Below are positions 63,238 through 64,000 of a stretch of 64,000 nt of DNA, piece after piece. The notes below the pieces were generated by a model. It was not told the DNA's origin. It saw only the letters and a list, made by a program, of their open reading frames with translations, and searched no databases. The stretch comes from an uncultured Acidobacteriaceae bacterium (lineage in GTDB: Bacteria > Acidobacteriota > Terriglobia > Terriglobales > Acidobacteriaceae), in contig CAVRWH010000008.1 in assembly GCA_963724855.1 (NCBI GenBank), forward strand, positions 1,360 through 65,359, read 5' to 3'. The position numbers and the translations under genes were made by a program. Within the stretch, counting starts at the first letter, position 1; the number at the start of each line of letters is the position of its first letter.

Positions 63238-64000
63238 ATGGCCGGACTCCGAAAACAAACCTGGATTTTGGCGGTGTTGCTCGCGCTAACGATGGGCGCA
63301 GCGGCGGAAGAACCCGTGCCGCTCACTTTGCCCGAAGCGGTGAAGATGACGCTGGCCAACAATCCCATGCACAAGGCGGCGATGGCCGACAGCAAGGCCG
63401 CGTCGGCGGGTGTGCGTGAGGCCCGGGCGCCAATGCTGCCCCGCATCATGTTTGCGGAAAACTTCACCGCCGGCAACGATCCCGTGTTCGTCTTCGGTAC
63501 CAAACTGCGGCAGCAGGAATTCACCGCGGCAGATTTCGCGCTGAACGAGTTGAACCGTCCGACGCCCATCGGCAACTACGCTAGCCGCTTCTCGGGACAA
63601 TGGAACCTGTTCGACAGCACCCAGAGCTGGAAGGCGCTGGATCGTGCGAAATACATGAATTTCGCCGCCGAACAACAACTCAACCGCACCGACCAGGAGC
63701 TGGTTTACCAGACTGTACAAGCGTATTACGGAGTGCTGCTGGCGCAAAAGCAAGCACAGGTGGCTGAGGACGCGGTTAAGACGGTCGAGGCCATCGAGCA
63801 GCAGAGCCGGGCTCGCGTGGAGAGTGGCATGGCAGTTGACTCAGACCTGCTGAGCGCCCAAGTGCAGTCATCGACGCGCCAGCAAGAGCTTATCGAGCGG
63901 CGCAACCAGTTGGCGCTGGCCCGCGCCCGCTTGGCGTTGGCAATGGGTGCCGCTGCCGATGCGCAGTATCAGCCGACGGAGGCGCTGGAAGACCGGGCGC
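63238..64000 (+). CDS. TolC-family outer-membrane efflux protein (3' partial, runs off the window)
   Basis: Open frame from ATG 63238 to the window end. Signal peptide MAGLRKQTWILAVLLALTMGAAA. OEP repeat features (LTLPEAVKMTLANNP, VYQTVQAYYGVLLAQKQAQVAEDAVKTVEAIEQQSRARVESGMAVDSDLL). Confidence 0.85.
   Translation, partial: MAGLRKQTWILAVLLALTMGAAAEEPVPLTLPEAVKMTLANNPMHKAAMADSKAASAGVREARAPMLPRIMFAENFTAGNDPVFVFGTKLRQQEFTAADFALNELNRPTPIGNYASRFSGQWNLFDSTQSWKALDRAKYMNFAAEQQLNRTDQELVYQTVQAYYGVLLAQKQAQVAEDAVKTVEAIEQQSRARVESGMAVDSDLLSAQVQSSTRQQELIERRNQLALARARLALAMGAAADAQYQPTEALEDRA

Overview
GC-rich bacterial chromosomal segment. The gene content suggests Acidobacteriota, but this is inference only. 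It rests on a TIGR03436-type VWFA-related domain, a CarboxypepD_reg-type TonB receptor, MacB/ADOP-like orphan permeases and many CRTAC1 and TPR proteins. I support about 45 protein-coding genes and recognised no rRNA, tRNA, CRISPR array, transposase or integrase by eye.

Gene order:
- mreD-mrdA-rodA cell-shape genes
- a long structured leader plus an RNase E/G gene with a very large insertion in its S1 domain
- msrPQ plus a CHASE3 histidine kinase
- a bactofilin-like exported protein, a hybrid kinase and a MacB-like membrane protein with a zinc-ribbon tail
- a 15-kb cluster of four CRTAC1 (FG-GAP/VCBS + UnbV/ASPIC) paralogs, a membrane-anchored pentahaem cytochrome-TPR fusion, an amidase and a TPR protein; this is my best candidate for an undescribed system
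- a LacI / TonB-receptor / TPR / GH5 / GH2 glycan locus with an embedded NarL-type two-component pair
- an M28-like::VWFA protein and DUF1223
- an envelope-glycolipid module (GT21, sulfotransferase, ArnT-like, ArnE/F-like pair, MacB permease)
- a neutral-lipid module (patatin, phasin-like repeat protein, START-like, WS/DGAT)
- an ECF sigma fused to a ZAS anti-sigma domain, followed by OsmC and a partial TolC

At least 20 apparent frameshifts are concentrated in a subset of genes (mreD, mrdA, one CRTAC1, amidase, GH2, DUF1223, GT21, ArnT-like). Several very long genes are intact. This indicates either locally poor consensus quality or real pseudogenisation.

All functional calls come from motif recognition in the supplied translations. 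No database search was run.
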